The translations under genes and the position numbers were made by a program. A stretch of 56,235 bases of DNA, from the IMG/VR virus record IMGVR_UViG_3300020519_000004; one strand, 5' to 3'. This stretch comes from an uncultured virus (IMG/VR IMGVR_UViG_3300020519_000004). Lineage: Duplodnaviria > Heunggongvirae > Uroviricota > Caudoviricetes. The notes under the pieces are model-generated. The model searched no databases and was not told the origin of the DNA. It worked only from the letters and a program-made list of their open reading frames with translations. Position 1 is the stretch's first letter. Each line of letters starts with the position of its first letter. Of this stretch, positions 24,901 through 32,804 are shown piece after piece.

Positions 24901-27409
24901 TGGTGTATTAACCCATAATATCGATAGCTTTTGGGATCAAAATATTGGACCATTGTTTACAGCGTTAAGCGATGGTCTATCAGGTCTAATGAATATGTTT
25001 AGAATGTCAATGCTTCAAATGGGGTACGGTTTGTCTAATATAGACAACTTCTCTAAACAAGCAAACATTATGAATAAAGTATTAAACGATTCTATTTATT
25101 ACTCACTAGGAAGACCTGGATCATTATTGAGGGCCATTGACAATCCATTCACTAGAGAGTATGGAGAGCCAGTAGTTGAAGTACGCGAACCATTCCAGAA
25201 GATACATTACATAAGTTCATTCTCAACTATCATAGCTAATAATATACAAGAGACTACAACTAACGTAGCAACTCAGGTGACCGCTGTATCTGAAGGAAAG
25301 TATCCAGTAACAGTAGCTTTAGATAAAAGTATTCCCGCAGAAAGACAGGTTGAAAAAACTGTAGAGACTGGTTTATTCTTTGACAACATAGTTGGTGAAG
25401 GTTTATTCGGAATTGCTCAACCGTTATTCCATCCAATAGAATTTGCAAGAGGAGCAATAAAATTATCTCAAGGCGCGCCAGATGAACTAATGGCAAGAAG
25501 AGTTGGTCTAGCTCATCTTAAGGAATCTCTAAAAGATATTTATTCTGGAGAGTTAATTGTAATAGGAAGCGCAGATATAAGACCTCATGACTTAGTTTAC
25601 CTCGCTGATGTTTATGAAAGAATGTATGGAATTTTTGAAGTCGAACAGGTTGTTCATCATTTTACTCCAAATATGGGATTCATTACATCAATAACACCCA
25701 ACGCTCTTGTAACCGTAAATGATCCAGCAAGATGGTTTATGTCTAGCTGGATTCATTCTTGGATGTCAATTCAAAATATAAGAAATGACACAAGAAGTTT
25801 AATTAATTCAGTTCAGGCTGGAAGTACTGGAATCTTGTCAGGTGGAAACATTTCTGTTGATGGTATGTCAGAAGCGCTAAGATCACAAATGATGGGTGGT
25901 GTGCAATTTACCCATGGATCAAGTGCGCTTATGTCTGACATAATGGCAAACTTTGCAGCCGAGGGATTAACAGACGCTCAATCTCAAATAGAGAATCAGA
26001 TGAAGCAAAACTCTGAAAATGGAATGAGCTTAACTGGAATTGCAGCAACATATTTAACTACAGTTGGCTTAACTGCAACAGCTGGGGCACTTCTTGGTGG
26101 ACCAATCGGTGCTGGAATTGGTGCTGGAATAGCGTCTGATTTATTCTGGAAGGGCTGGAAGTGGGTAAGAGATAACGTCTTAGACCAACATGGTTGTTAT
26201 ATATCTTATCTAAATAAAAATGGTCAACCTATGGACGCTAGTCTTGCAATAAATCAAGGAATGGTTGTTGGTAGATATCATACAAAGAGACTTCTTCCTG
26301 GAATTTTAGGAGTAAAGAGTAAGGTTAGAACCGTTGACGGCAATGCTTTTATTAGAAATGACGACTTACTTAAGAGCTTGGGTTGGAAAGAAAAAGAAAT
26401 AACCGACCTAGTAAGATACGTGAGTTATGAAAACGCATTAGTTAATGCTGAGGTGTTAAAGTATTCTGGAACTGGTCCAGATAAAACGGGATTAAATCAA
26501 TACTTTAAAGTAATATGTAAACTAAATAATGTTATAGATGGTGACGAAATAGAAGTTATAGATTTAATGAATCCAACTGGTCAACCTTTCAAGGTCAGAC
26601 TAGAAGGAATAATAGCTTCAAGTCTTGGCACTTTTCAGGCGTACACAAATACTTCCATACAAGCTGGGTATAAGCCAGACGACCCAACGACTGCAATAAA
26701 CGTTAATTCACCAGGTGGAAGGGCAGCAATTTTTGTAAGTGAAAGACTCAGAGATAAGCCTTTCGTTATAAGAATTTCTCCAAATGATCAATCTTCAGTT
26801 TCTATTTATACGGAAGATGACTTATCTCCTGGCTCAAGAATTAATAATACAAATAGTTACTTCAAGGGCGTTAACTATGGAGATCAAGAAAGGGAAAAAT
26901 CTTTAGGAACCGTATTTTACAGGATCCTCGATGAGGATAAAGAAACAAATATTTCTATAATAAGATCTTTCTTTGTTCAAAATCTTGGCTTAAGCATTAT
27001 ACAGAAAAAGGAAAAATTTAAACAAAATCTTTATGGAGAATCAGTATTTGGTCAAAAGTTTGATGAAATATATAACTCAATATATACTTCTGGTATGGAA
27101 AATCATTTTGAAATTACTGGAGAAACTGACCCACTATTAACCATAACTAATGATGAAAGAAAATTGTTTAATGATTTAGTTAACTTTAAAATATTAGAAG
27201 TTCTTTATTCAAAAGCTTCAGAATGGCCATATATTTCTTGGGATGAGTACTATAATGATGGAGTACCAGCAACCCTTAACTGGGAACTAGTGACAAATAA
27301 CTTAGCTCAAGTGTATACGGTGGATCTATTAAGAGAAAGAGCATCTACTGGCGGCCTGGATAGATCTATACCAATGCCAAGCTATGTTGAACAAAAGGGT
27401 GGATTGTAA
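15992..27409 (+). CDS. Giant multidomain baseplate hub/tail protein (3805 aa; gpD/gp27-like segments, RlpA-like DPBB, C-terminal SNase-like domain)
   Basis: Uninterrupted ORF. Hub-like LKPGVRVHLRVGYG...IFNGVITEV (~20720-20830) and GELIVIGSADIRPHDLVYL...FEVEQVVHHF (~25545-25665). YIAMRWPY...KVLVYSPTTRTAVV (~23000-23180). VIDGDEIEV...VRLEGI...LNWELVTNNLAQVY (~26530-27318). Confidence 0.6.
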   Translation: MTINQEAFYYIKEQFTTKQQVDDYVLEIQQITLNTNSNALENAALAKLRTVLPGFEGTVGVWAGVDLPWGIKIAPPDFNDVAWRTAAIRALKRQDTRRGENPADYIVKEILKKFDEKIPTKNIDLTDVAYAKAIEAWYREAGKSKSCWSAIESATIMASFIAQRVKDFNIGSDNPEDTPQTPEDVQEPPAVEEDLLGPSIERAAVLEEFISRGAAIIGFDHSDNSYSSISQYYENLVRKNNPSFVYDRAFQDNYVNQFIAVASPTMDIIKLNDTYQKSLFDKIEASGLFDLLSYIDAMQAYGRSRLSTLERVSGSAGAANVLDGVRDTGWLQQLTVVLQRLSRDPVTLATIYRYFPELVNFFFAALAATADYSNDGKGGGSEDPLNNGQAVLDDLMAALGQVNGENIFTGAWDLINTGQRIEKAISEFPFRQNIPPSSPDIFHLRLGASNFYVPPIGIDVQTQFKTSSLGEGALRQKNSPKFNSGYKHTTISMQLFFPNYEEIWGISIEDASKITLKDNFTIDFSGNGDNEEKIDKFLSSLRGLVAAFKYAPFLPIRNHYLNSVYGITGVALHGMSISTIPSYPFALVVTLNLYNFNHKPFLPMLNDFNQAIHWGKFRQYMGKAAGALHNYINEEFLMFGREGLINATRDAMISVGEAMLDTDRDGDVTQDDLRGMQAASDRLSAQAGISPSKIVNDALLGYKNEVFTTNVIREWTNGSNLSFYMPAETQTKIFTPDISGFRSDEEKGLTDTGRSFWNQMLANFGIDINESAEYHRTLDSVITTSTGNVVEYTVNQKILQSIDILTAGRNTTDFQKKAYNFIITSFIFQNPQLDSDRKDYLRDFNRTENAYEDTERYVFGAIVFKDETLSQIKSFFKSQALTTKSYLDFMVDEYLQKRAINAGKTNDTKWKENERLIIRDQFAAGYSSMVYERFFKAGPIRDLMEAARERNGSFHIREWEVPMIRVDIDPANAIVTDVSISMSNNIIPLQVQMQDEPTYQHIGGGDSYINISMKVFGEKELIKLRKIFDHINGLARLEHAAGVMGFLGIKNIITALAGVKYVLPLSFNVSTIPNFPHVYDVSLRLVDFDIFQQKREQLSSDQQRKMIEEFGTKKNPFLRMKQLWGSFNSYPDFPLEIRNKDSEVVGSLDPDFYFRSFEMFDRDVIRSVTENKGKLSRLDTFNVDPSQEITVVTPYGSMTHKGSAVVAKFREYILNDQLDELKAYSRGTLGLKASATASYIIEALLDIDQPHDKFLLNYVDSLDEGEFLTKDLADSSWRLSSGRLKAGDLSSYNEEARAKLQAALSGNQKDDGFAEDAYVSFNPDELDAHAIINTFPAASGPGDTKIPSMIHTADGYQFGYIDKQNGRFYLTVDDVAVKKDSSVQYVGITDTQTPDVGTTKSLTGVPGAKALSEYQYSYSSGDEGKPETMKSNGNSKSVTDHWEKMMVDTQYRDISGRMIRAFPTYMLWLIDEKNFAGTKLFDNFYGLQSIIDFSVVSSEDILGDTLVFRASNMYAKLSTKEATTIFSGSGETEDKPGVDKLSLTSGLEQIIDRSLNFARNQLGHMESQYIVDIENMRLKPGVRVHLRVGYGANPNSLHTIFNGVITEVELGEIVTVTCQSDAIELSPVVNSVDKKGSSGHIDGGLNTGLYLSEPRDLMVRLLSMGTSRTREAFAHATRGTVFSENKFGIKHFGMMLYEPLTDEERNKNAGIRNAASDAYLAVGQGSGITGGAGTVAGVLNPFGDNSNGTGIGGSPFGIDVRLPMVGIMRTMWSNFAAQPDLELFKRNIYPGNGTGVAQFLGGDLGDGWSNAASLTPEDMPNPRLEYLNRLTDSSWNNLLQRYDSGSENASAAIDNLTQGMEARASGGTAANILGGGLLAAGAALAIGTGGIALPFIGGAMAVGGGASLLGSLTGRGGVNIWKTFGLISDLDDDMPGFDEVSFRAQTYMKSVWDLFQMCARLLPNYIVAVRPFEDRSTVFYGKPHWLYTSAVVPITTGFPSEKKAVELGLKVPSYRSPDSELMDLLTKVNKQSNSTADYEAMRQAQSPAISISEIVRQQSSYSDIYAPAGILRGKVVNFLDPKRTIYYGNSNNTTLSGSADSMERQQVVATKSIISEIPNTKGYVTVGFHLPIDSTGQNASELDIEKMKNLHVEIPQMPLRFSFPFFTDRVAGAVLLDYSFYALSNNRSGEGDERLKTGTIHDGDKDFEKFGHDTLYSNLISTEAALISGSLTDNREGGSEDEFVINLAGVSFTAAVNPINTFGNDKFIFDLSTSGVSGSKSLIRMPLPSLLEQVRGIEKLEGSWEYEYINQRTITSGSPFSYRDWGSPASALDEQFYIAMRWPYEITEDKDDEIFKKFKDKYFSDRNETEFYGKPKDYKNRKVLVYSPTTRTAVVCKPAYFLWGTNKADLIIGNNASGDFAKGRSEDHFINFKNDVFTEVDLAAVVSPDAAYFLGVMHLTENEKEFFNSDDAASEPTRVLTQAGLAPVPMPRDCYFTFVDDSVPLGVVTTIYNPANEFTYKGESDINGSYFVGFGAFAAEGDGKLLAEEASKSGMQKLGLSGTADSIERQLELLNERPTAFTNTQWQEYIPISGITLLDQGHFAEAAARGGNILASSDGKEGSYFDYIINEKYSALEREALYKILDGELRTTNPDEDTGTGRERFAPVYDPAAPESIKAREFFDEGFSPSTHVIAGNGRTLSQANDVWDQFRFDYHNQVAIKKIFFDAFGMDPDDTTPLPDFLITILRNPEANPDIFKLFSANGPDSTAVDEFSLLLGSDFIANPNQRTGKPYGTADSMERQIESGSGSLVSSDTVKQAIEFARKNLVDAPLDEGGLVRYFDALTKTKYKKLGLFLQSQSNLSLILGADVGGGQPKVDDIIKDNFTPKQVFLLIVGMFRQAMWQDAYARAWLVLKPNRQYASDDIWDFSPVHKIFAAFIDPNQDYASNKRKFLKLLADNKGEGNSAGNVVGVLTHNIDSFWDQNIGPLFTALSDGLSGLMNMFRMSMLQMGYGLSNIDNFSKQANIMNKVLNDSIYYSLGRPGSLLRAIDNPFTREYGEPVVEVREPFQKIHYISSFSTIIANNIQETTTNVATQVTAVSEGKYPVTVALDKSIPAERQVEKTVETGLFFDNIVGEGLFGIAQPLFHPIEFARGAIKLSQGAPDELMARRVGLAHLKESLKDIYSGELIVIGSADIRPHDLVYLADVYERMYGIFEVEQVVHHFTPNMGFITSITPNALVTVNDPARWFMSSWIHSWMSIQNIRNDTRSLINSVQAGSTGILSGGNISVDGMSEALRSQMMGGVQFTHGSSALMSDIMANFAAEGLTDAQSQIENQMKQNSENGMSLTGIAATYLTTVGLTATAGALLGGPIGAGIGAGIASDLFWKGWKWVRDNVLDQHGCYISYLNKNGQPMDASLAINQGMVVGRYHTKRLLPGILGVKSKVRTVDGNAFIRNDDLLKSLGWKEKEITDLVRYVSYENALVNAEVLKYSGTGPDKTGLNQYFKVICKLNNVIDGDEIEVIDLMNPTGQPFKVRLEGIIASSLGTFQAYTNTSIQAGYKPDDPTTAINVNSPGGRAAIFVSERLRDKPFVIRISPNDQSSVSIYTEDDLSPGSRINNTNSYFKGVNYGDQEREKSLGTVFYRILDEDKETNISIIRSFFVQNLGLSIIQKKEKFKQNLYGESVFGQKFDEIYNSIYTSGMENHFEITGETDPLLTITNDERKLFNDLVNFKILEVLYSKASEWPYISWDEYYNDGVPATLNWELVTNNLAQVYTVDLLRERASTGGLDRSIPMPSYVEQKGGL

Positions 27410-27411
27410 TA

Positions 27412-30166
27412 ATGTCTGATTTTAATTTTAATCTTAATGACTTCAATGATTCTACTTCTTTTATAGCAAAGTTGTCAGAGGGTTATAATCCCGATGGAGC
27501 GGCTAGCTTAGTTACTTCAGCTTCAAAAGAAAGTTATTCAAATCAGACATTAACATCTAGAAATCTAACAGACATAATGGCTGGACGGAGCGTTAACCAG
27601 AAATCCAGCAGCGTTAGCAGACGCATCGTCAAAGTTTGTTAGGTCATCTCTTCACTCTATATTAGCAACAGGCATTCAGTCCGGCGATGCATTCCAAGTA
27701 GCTAATCCAGATTATCAGGGACCTGGAGATCTAGAGGTATTAAAAGGTGACCAGGCATATCTAAAGGTAGTCTCTCAATCTTTAGTCGGAACTGGTTTTG
27801 CGCCAACGTCAGTTCTAAATCCTTTATTAGAATCAACAAATGGAAAATGGCCAGGAAACGATAAGTCTAAAGTTGGAGATTCTACTGGAGCACTATTCAC
27901 TCATAATAGCACCGCCTATAGAATAGATGGTGACGCTCCAGGTTTGGGAGAAAGAGCTATAGCTGCAGATGAAGAATTAAGCGAGGAAGAAAAACAAATA
28001 TACATAGAAAGAGGAACACTTCTTAAACAATCTATCAATGAACCAGCTTTAACACTTGGGTTTGAGTTTGACATACCAAATGTTCTATCTTCTTATTCTT
28101 TTGTGCAAACAAATTCATACTACACAGATGAATCTAATCCAACTGAGGAGTCTGTTGAATCATCACTGATAAGCGCTCCTAAGAAAAAAGCATACATTAG
28201 TGCTTCTCTAATTGAATGCTTATTGATGATGACAGATGTGAATAAAGGTGTTAAAATAAATGGCACATTTGCTCTTAATAGAGCGGTGTTGTCAGAAAGC
28301 GATAAGACGAGTAGGCATTCAAATCCAGAAAGTGGAATTGATAAGAATAATAAAAACTCTATATCTGATCATGTTTTTGGAAGAGCATTTGATATTAGAT
28401 CAGTTGGTGACTATGGAGTAATAAGAGGCAAAGAGAGATACGCAATTGCCTTAGATATAGTTTTACAAAAGTTAAATACAATGCCACAACCCCTGATGCC
28501 AGATCTTATAGTTATCCATCCAGACGTTGCAAAGGATAAGGGAATTGGAGAAGGCTATGAAAAAGTTGATACTGCAATCAAAACACAGTATCCAAATCTA
28601 AAATATGTTAACTTTGAATTTGGTCCAGAGCATACGGAAAATATTCATATTAGCTTTAGCCCACAAAGAGGTGGTAAATACATTGGTTCTGGTGGCTGGA
28701 AAACCTCCGATGCTTCAGCTCAAAAGTTTGATGAAAATGGAAACCCAGTAGACGATTCAGGAAGTGGGGCATCAGCAAAAGAAAAAGCCTATAAAAATTA
28801 TAAAAATGGTGGTCCAGCAATAACACTATATGAATTATTTATAATGCTCTCTCAAGAAGGTCCATTTTCTGACGAGGCAGCAGCAATTTTTTGCGCTGTA
28901 GCAGGAAGAGAGAGTGGAGCCAGTCCAGCAGGTTATAACGGCAAATGTTTCGATAACAAGACAAGTTGGGGTGGTGACGTTTCAATTGGAATGTTTCAGT
29001 ATAATTTGATTTCCTTAATCAAGAGGTCGACCAACGCATCAAACGACGTGCCAATTTACTATGATGGTTCTGCTGCAACAAAGCAATTAGTTAAAGCTCA
29101 CAGGTTAATGTACTCTGCTACTGAAGCTTCTTCCTGGGATCCCAACGCTGTAGCAAAAAAATTAGTAGAGATTTATAGTACAACCACTAATAAAGAGGCT
29201 TCAAAGTCTACTACCGATGACAGGTTGTGGTTCCCAATTAATCAAGTTTGGATGCTAATGGATAAGTGGGGCAGAAAAGATTTTAAAAACGTAAATAAGA
29301 TAGATGCATCTAATGGTTTTTTCCATTGGGGAGATTATGATAACTCAGATAAAACACCAAGATCTGATTGTGGATTTATATTCGGAACAAAATTTCAAAA
29401 TGCTGTTAACGTATATTTAACAACAGGAAAACCTATAGAAACACTAGAAGATTGGGTTAGAGTAAATTTTAAAAAGAATAATAAAAGAACAATAAACTAT
29501 ATAGAACAGTGGATGGATGGAACTGTTTTCTATGATCACGCTAAAGATGGTTCGTTGATAAACGAAGAAGATAGTGGAGTCATTACATATGAGGTAAATG
29601 TAGTTGAAAAACAAGGTGCTAGTGGAGATGGGTCTCCCGCATCTTTCACTAAGTACCAAATTGAAGAAGCTGCAGACTGGATTAGCACTAATAAGATTCC
29701 TCAATGGCTTGCTAAGTATCGTCCAGATCTTGAAGGAAACTTTGGTTGCGATAGATTTGCCAGAGTTCTTTCAGCTGCTTTGGGATTATTTGGTACAGCT
29801 CAAACTGCACTATTTACAGATGAGTGGGGAACTGCCGGCAATGCACCTGAGTATACGGTGCCTACGCCTACTCTTAGCTCATTCCCAACAGCAGGAGAAC
29901 ACTTATCCAATCTGATATCTAGCTCCTCATTTTATAAACCAGAGACTGAAAACGGAAAGAACCCACCAGCTGGTTATTTGGTATTTTGGCAGGGTGGGAC
30001 TGATGACTATGGCCACGTAGGGGTTTCAATAGGAAATGGTCAGTACGTTGACCAGCATGATGAAAGTGAAGGGTCTGATAGACCAAGACCAAGAAATATA
30101 AATTCAACGATTTTCCCAGGAAGTAAGTATACCTATGCTGGAGCATCGTCTGCATGGAGTGCATAA
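27412..30166 (+). CDS. Tail-associated multi-domain peptidoglycan hydrolase (~917 aa; M15-like peptidase + lytic transglycosylase + CHAP/NlpC-like), +1 frameshift at CGGA 27586-27589
   Basis: ORF 27412..27642 joins 27944..30166 by skipping C27586; 27587-27943 is stop-free. Motifs: SDHVFGRAFDI/HTENIHISF, GRESG...GMFQY, GCDRF...PPAGYLVFW...YGHVGVSIGNG. Confidence 0.7.
27586..27589 (+). other. +1 recoding site 8: GGA-CGGA
   Basis: Window 27578-27639 (TAA 27575-27577; TAG 27640-27642). Confidence 0.85.
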
Positions 30167-30177
30167 GGAGATAGAGT

Positions 30178-30540
30178 ATGAAACAGTATCCAAAATTTGA
30201 TGAAAAATTAAATTCACACATTAGCAATAATCAGCTTCAGCAATCTAAGACAAGATCTGGAACTATTATGTCATACAATAAGATGAATAATACGGCTGTA
30301 ATTATCTTAGACGATAGGATGACAAATCAAGTTGGCAACATAATAAGAGGAGTCCCATGCCCATCAACTCTTGGTGTACAAAGTGTTGCGCCAACAGCTG
30401 GTACAAGATGCATAATCGGTTTTGCCGATGCCAATGAAAGATTTCCGCATATAGTATCATATATAGACGATACAAATAGCGTAGGAAGATATATGCCCAA
30501 CTACAGTGTAGACACTGGTGTACCAAAGTTTATGGTTTAA
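30178..30540 (+). CDS. Baseplate spike/gp5 N-terminal OB-fold-like protein (120 aa)
   Basis: AGGAG SD. Pattern GTIMSYN...AVIIL...VPCP...GVQSVAPTAGTRCIIGF is typical of baseplate OB-fold proteins; synteny between lysin and wedge genes. Confidence 0.5.
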   Translation: MKQYPKFDEKLNSHISNNQLQQSKTRSGTIMSYNKMNNTAVIILDDRMTNQVGNIIRGVPCPSTLGVQSVAPTAGTRCIIGFADANERFPHIVSYIDDTNSVGRYMPNYSVDTGVPKFMV

Positions 30541-30541
30541 A

Positions 30542-31246
30542 ATGTCAGAAAAAATTCACGCACAAAAGTCTTTCGAATCAGTAGCTGGCAAGACCGCTTC
30601 TGAGTTAGATGAATTAAGTAGGAGAAAAAACTTTTCCCAAAGAGAAGTAGGACTTACTCATCCGGACAATTCATCTTTTATAAGACTAACTGATTCTGGT
30701 GATATAGAAATATTTTCAGCGCCTGGAGTAGGTATAGTTATAAATGGATCAACAAAAACCATTTCTCTTTTTGCGGATAATATTAAGTTTTTTACAAAAG
30801 AAGATGGTTTAAAATGGAACTCCATGGAATTTAATCATTCGGCAACTGTGTTTTCGGAGCCAGCATTTGTCAGCGCAAATGATAAATCTTATAATCCAGC
30901 TTTTTTAAATATGGATCATTATATAAAGAATTTAGATTTAATAGACCAAGAAGATTCACAACAAGCAGTTACTATTAACGGCAGCTACGCCTATAGGGAA
31001 ACCACTAACACTGATGTTGTATCGGTGGATGTGTTAGAAAATTCTTCATTAGATAATGATTTTACAAAAGAAGATATTATTAAATTAGATTCTTTTTGGG
31101 ATAGGAACGCCTCTGCATTGTTTAACGCAGTGAGTATATCAAAGGCTAATTTAACGAATAGAATAAGAGACCTAATGTCTAATGGGCGTTCGATAGACCA
31201 GGCATTAGATATTTTTAAAGAAAGCATAGGAGATAATAATGTCTGA
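30542..31246 (+). CDS. Baseplate spike-associated protein (~234 aa)
   Basis: ATG 30542 immediately after the upstream TAA is the more likely start than GTG 30518. Beta-rich SFIRLTDSGDIEIFSAPGVGIVING as in spike beta-helix regions; synteny. Confidence 0.4.
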   Translation: MSEKIHAQKSFESVAGKTASELDELSRRKNFSQREVGLTHPDNSSFIRLTDSGDIEIFSAPGVGIVINGSTKTISLFADNIKFFTKEDGLKWNSMEFNHSATVFSEPAFVSANDKSYNPAFLNMDHYIKNLDLIDQEDSQQAVTINGSYAYRETTNTDVVSVDVLENSSLDNDFTKEDIIKLDSFWDRNASALFNAVSISKANLTNRIRDLMSNGRSIDQALDIFKESIGDNNV

Positions 31247-31619
31247 TTTTTACATCAGCCTTAGCGGTGATTTAGTAGTAAATGGATCTGGAGATTTGGG
31301 CTTAGTTCAATCTATGTCAGAAAAAGATATACAGCATGTATATATGAGGTTAATGACTGAGCCAGGTGACTTCTTCATCTACCCTCAACTAGGGACTCAA
31401 CTGTCGATGCTATACGGAATGCCTCAAAACCCTCAAACTGGCGACTTCGGTAAAAGATTAATTCGTGCAGCCCTAGAAAGAGAAGGGGTTTTTAAAAACA
31501 GACAAATTACTATTGAGGCAGTACCGGTTTCCGCAGATTCTATTAGGTTTGATGTTTACCTAATGGGTGATTTAAATGAACCTACGATATTGTCAATAAC
31601 ACAAGACTTAGGAGCCTAG
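31239..31619 (+). CDS. Baseplate wedge subunit (gp25/gpW/gp46-like, 126 aa)
   Basis: AGGAG SD. GDLVVNGSGDLGLV...RLMTEPGDFFIYPQLGTQL pattern; directly precedes baseplate J. Confidence 0.7.
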   Translation: MSDFYISLSGDLVVNGSGDLGLVQSMSEKDIQHVYMRLMTEPGDFFIYPQLGTQLSMLYGMPQNPQTGDFGKRLIRAALEREGVFKNRQITIEAVPVSADSIRFDVYLMGDLNEPTILSITQDLGA

Positions 31620-31620
31620 A

Positions 31621-32781
31621 GTGGTATCAGTTAATATAAAGAGTAAAGAGCAAATGCTGGTAGCCACTCTTAATGCTCTGCAAAAAAACGCAGGAATTAG
31701 CGCTATTTCTCCTGGATCAATAGCCAGAGCTTTTGCGGAAGCAATTCATTCTGAAATTAGCGATCTTTACAACTCCTTAAAGGTGAGTATAGAGCAGTCT
31801 AATCTTTCAACAGCTTCAGGAATCAACCTAGATATGATAGGCGCCTTGTATAATGTACAGCGTAGAACGATATCATCTGAACTAGTCCCAGAAAGAGTTA
31901 CTGGAAATATAGAATTTTATTTAAATACAACTCACAGTTCAACCGTAACCATTCCAAAGGGAACGCTCGTATATAATGATACGACAGCATTTTCTTCAAC
32001 CCAATATCAGTATGAACTAAATTCAGATATCGTTATAACAACGGGTAATACAAGAGCCTATGGGTCAGTTAAGGCAAAATTTGCAGACAACAATGTAACT
32101 GCAGCTAGAAACACCCTGGTAAGACATAATTTTATATCACCTCCGGGTATTGTAGTTTACTGCAACAACCCGAAGGAAGTTTATAGTAGCCTAAACTCAG
32201 AATCTGATGACAACTACAGAAGAAGAATAGTTTCAGCAATTAGAGGCTCTGCGTCAGGCACTGCAGAGTCTGTTAGATTTGCAGCCTTGTCAGTTAAGGG
32301 TGTAAGGGATGTAAAAATAAGAGAAGCCTCTCTTGGTGTTGGAACATGTGACATAGTTGTTATACCAGAAACTCAAGCTGGAATAAGTATAATGAGTCAG
32401 TTGGTTTACGAAAAAATTAAAGCAGTTAAACCAGTTGGTATCAATATGAATCTTAGAATAGCCACTAAAAAATTAGTAAATGTTTCAGCTACCTTGACCC
32501 TAAGAGAAGGAACAACGGGAGCAATTGCTAGGAGCGTAGAAAATCAATCAAAGATTTTCTTAAATAGATATTTAAATAGTCTCACAATTGGTGACTCAGT
32601 TTCAATATCAGAAATAGAAAGACAGATGAAGCTTTCTTCAGAGTTAATCATGTCTGTCACTGTTAGTAACATTAAGGTAGACAATAGAAATATACCCAAT
32701 AAAGATTATAGACTATCTGATGATAAAAGTTACATGGCTGCTGGTACGCTTAGCCTATTCTCTGTTATAATGGGAGCGTAA
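31621..32781 (+). CDS. Baseplate J-like protein (386 aa)
   Basis: PGSIARAFAEA, ASGINLDMIGALYNVQR, IPKGTLV, ESDDNYRRRI and VKPVGI motifs of the Baseplate_J family; GTG start. Confidence 0.85.
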   Translation: MVSVNIKSKEQMLVATLNALQKNAGISAISPGSIARAFAEAIHSEISDLYNSLKVSIEQSNLSTASGINLDMIGALYNVQRRTISSELVPERVTGNIEFYLNTTHSSTVTIPKGTLVYNDTTAFSSTQYQYELNSDIVITTGNTRAYGSVKAKFADNNVTAARNTLVRHNFISPPGIVVYCNNPKEVYSSLNSESDDNYRRRIVSAIRGSASGTAESVRFAALSVKGVRDVKIREASLGVGTCDIVVIPETQAGISIMSQLVYEKIKAVKPVGINMNLRIATKKLVNVSATLTLREGTTGAIARSVENQSKIFLNRYLNSLTIGDSVSISEIERQMKLSSELIMSVTVSNIKVDNRNIPNKDYRLSDDKSYMAAGTLSLFSVIMGA

Positions 32782-32804
32782 ACTAGTAGAAAAGGTGTAA
32801 ATTA

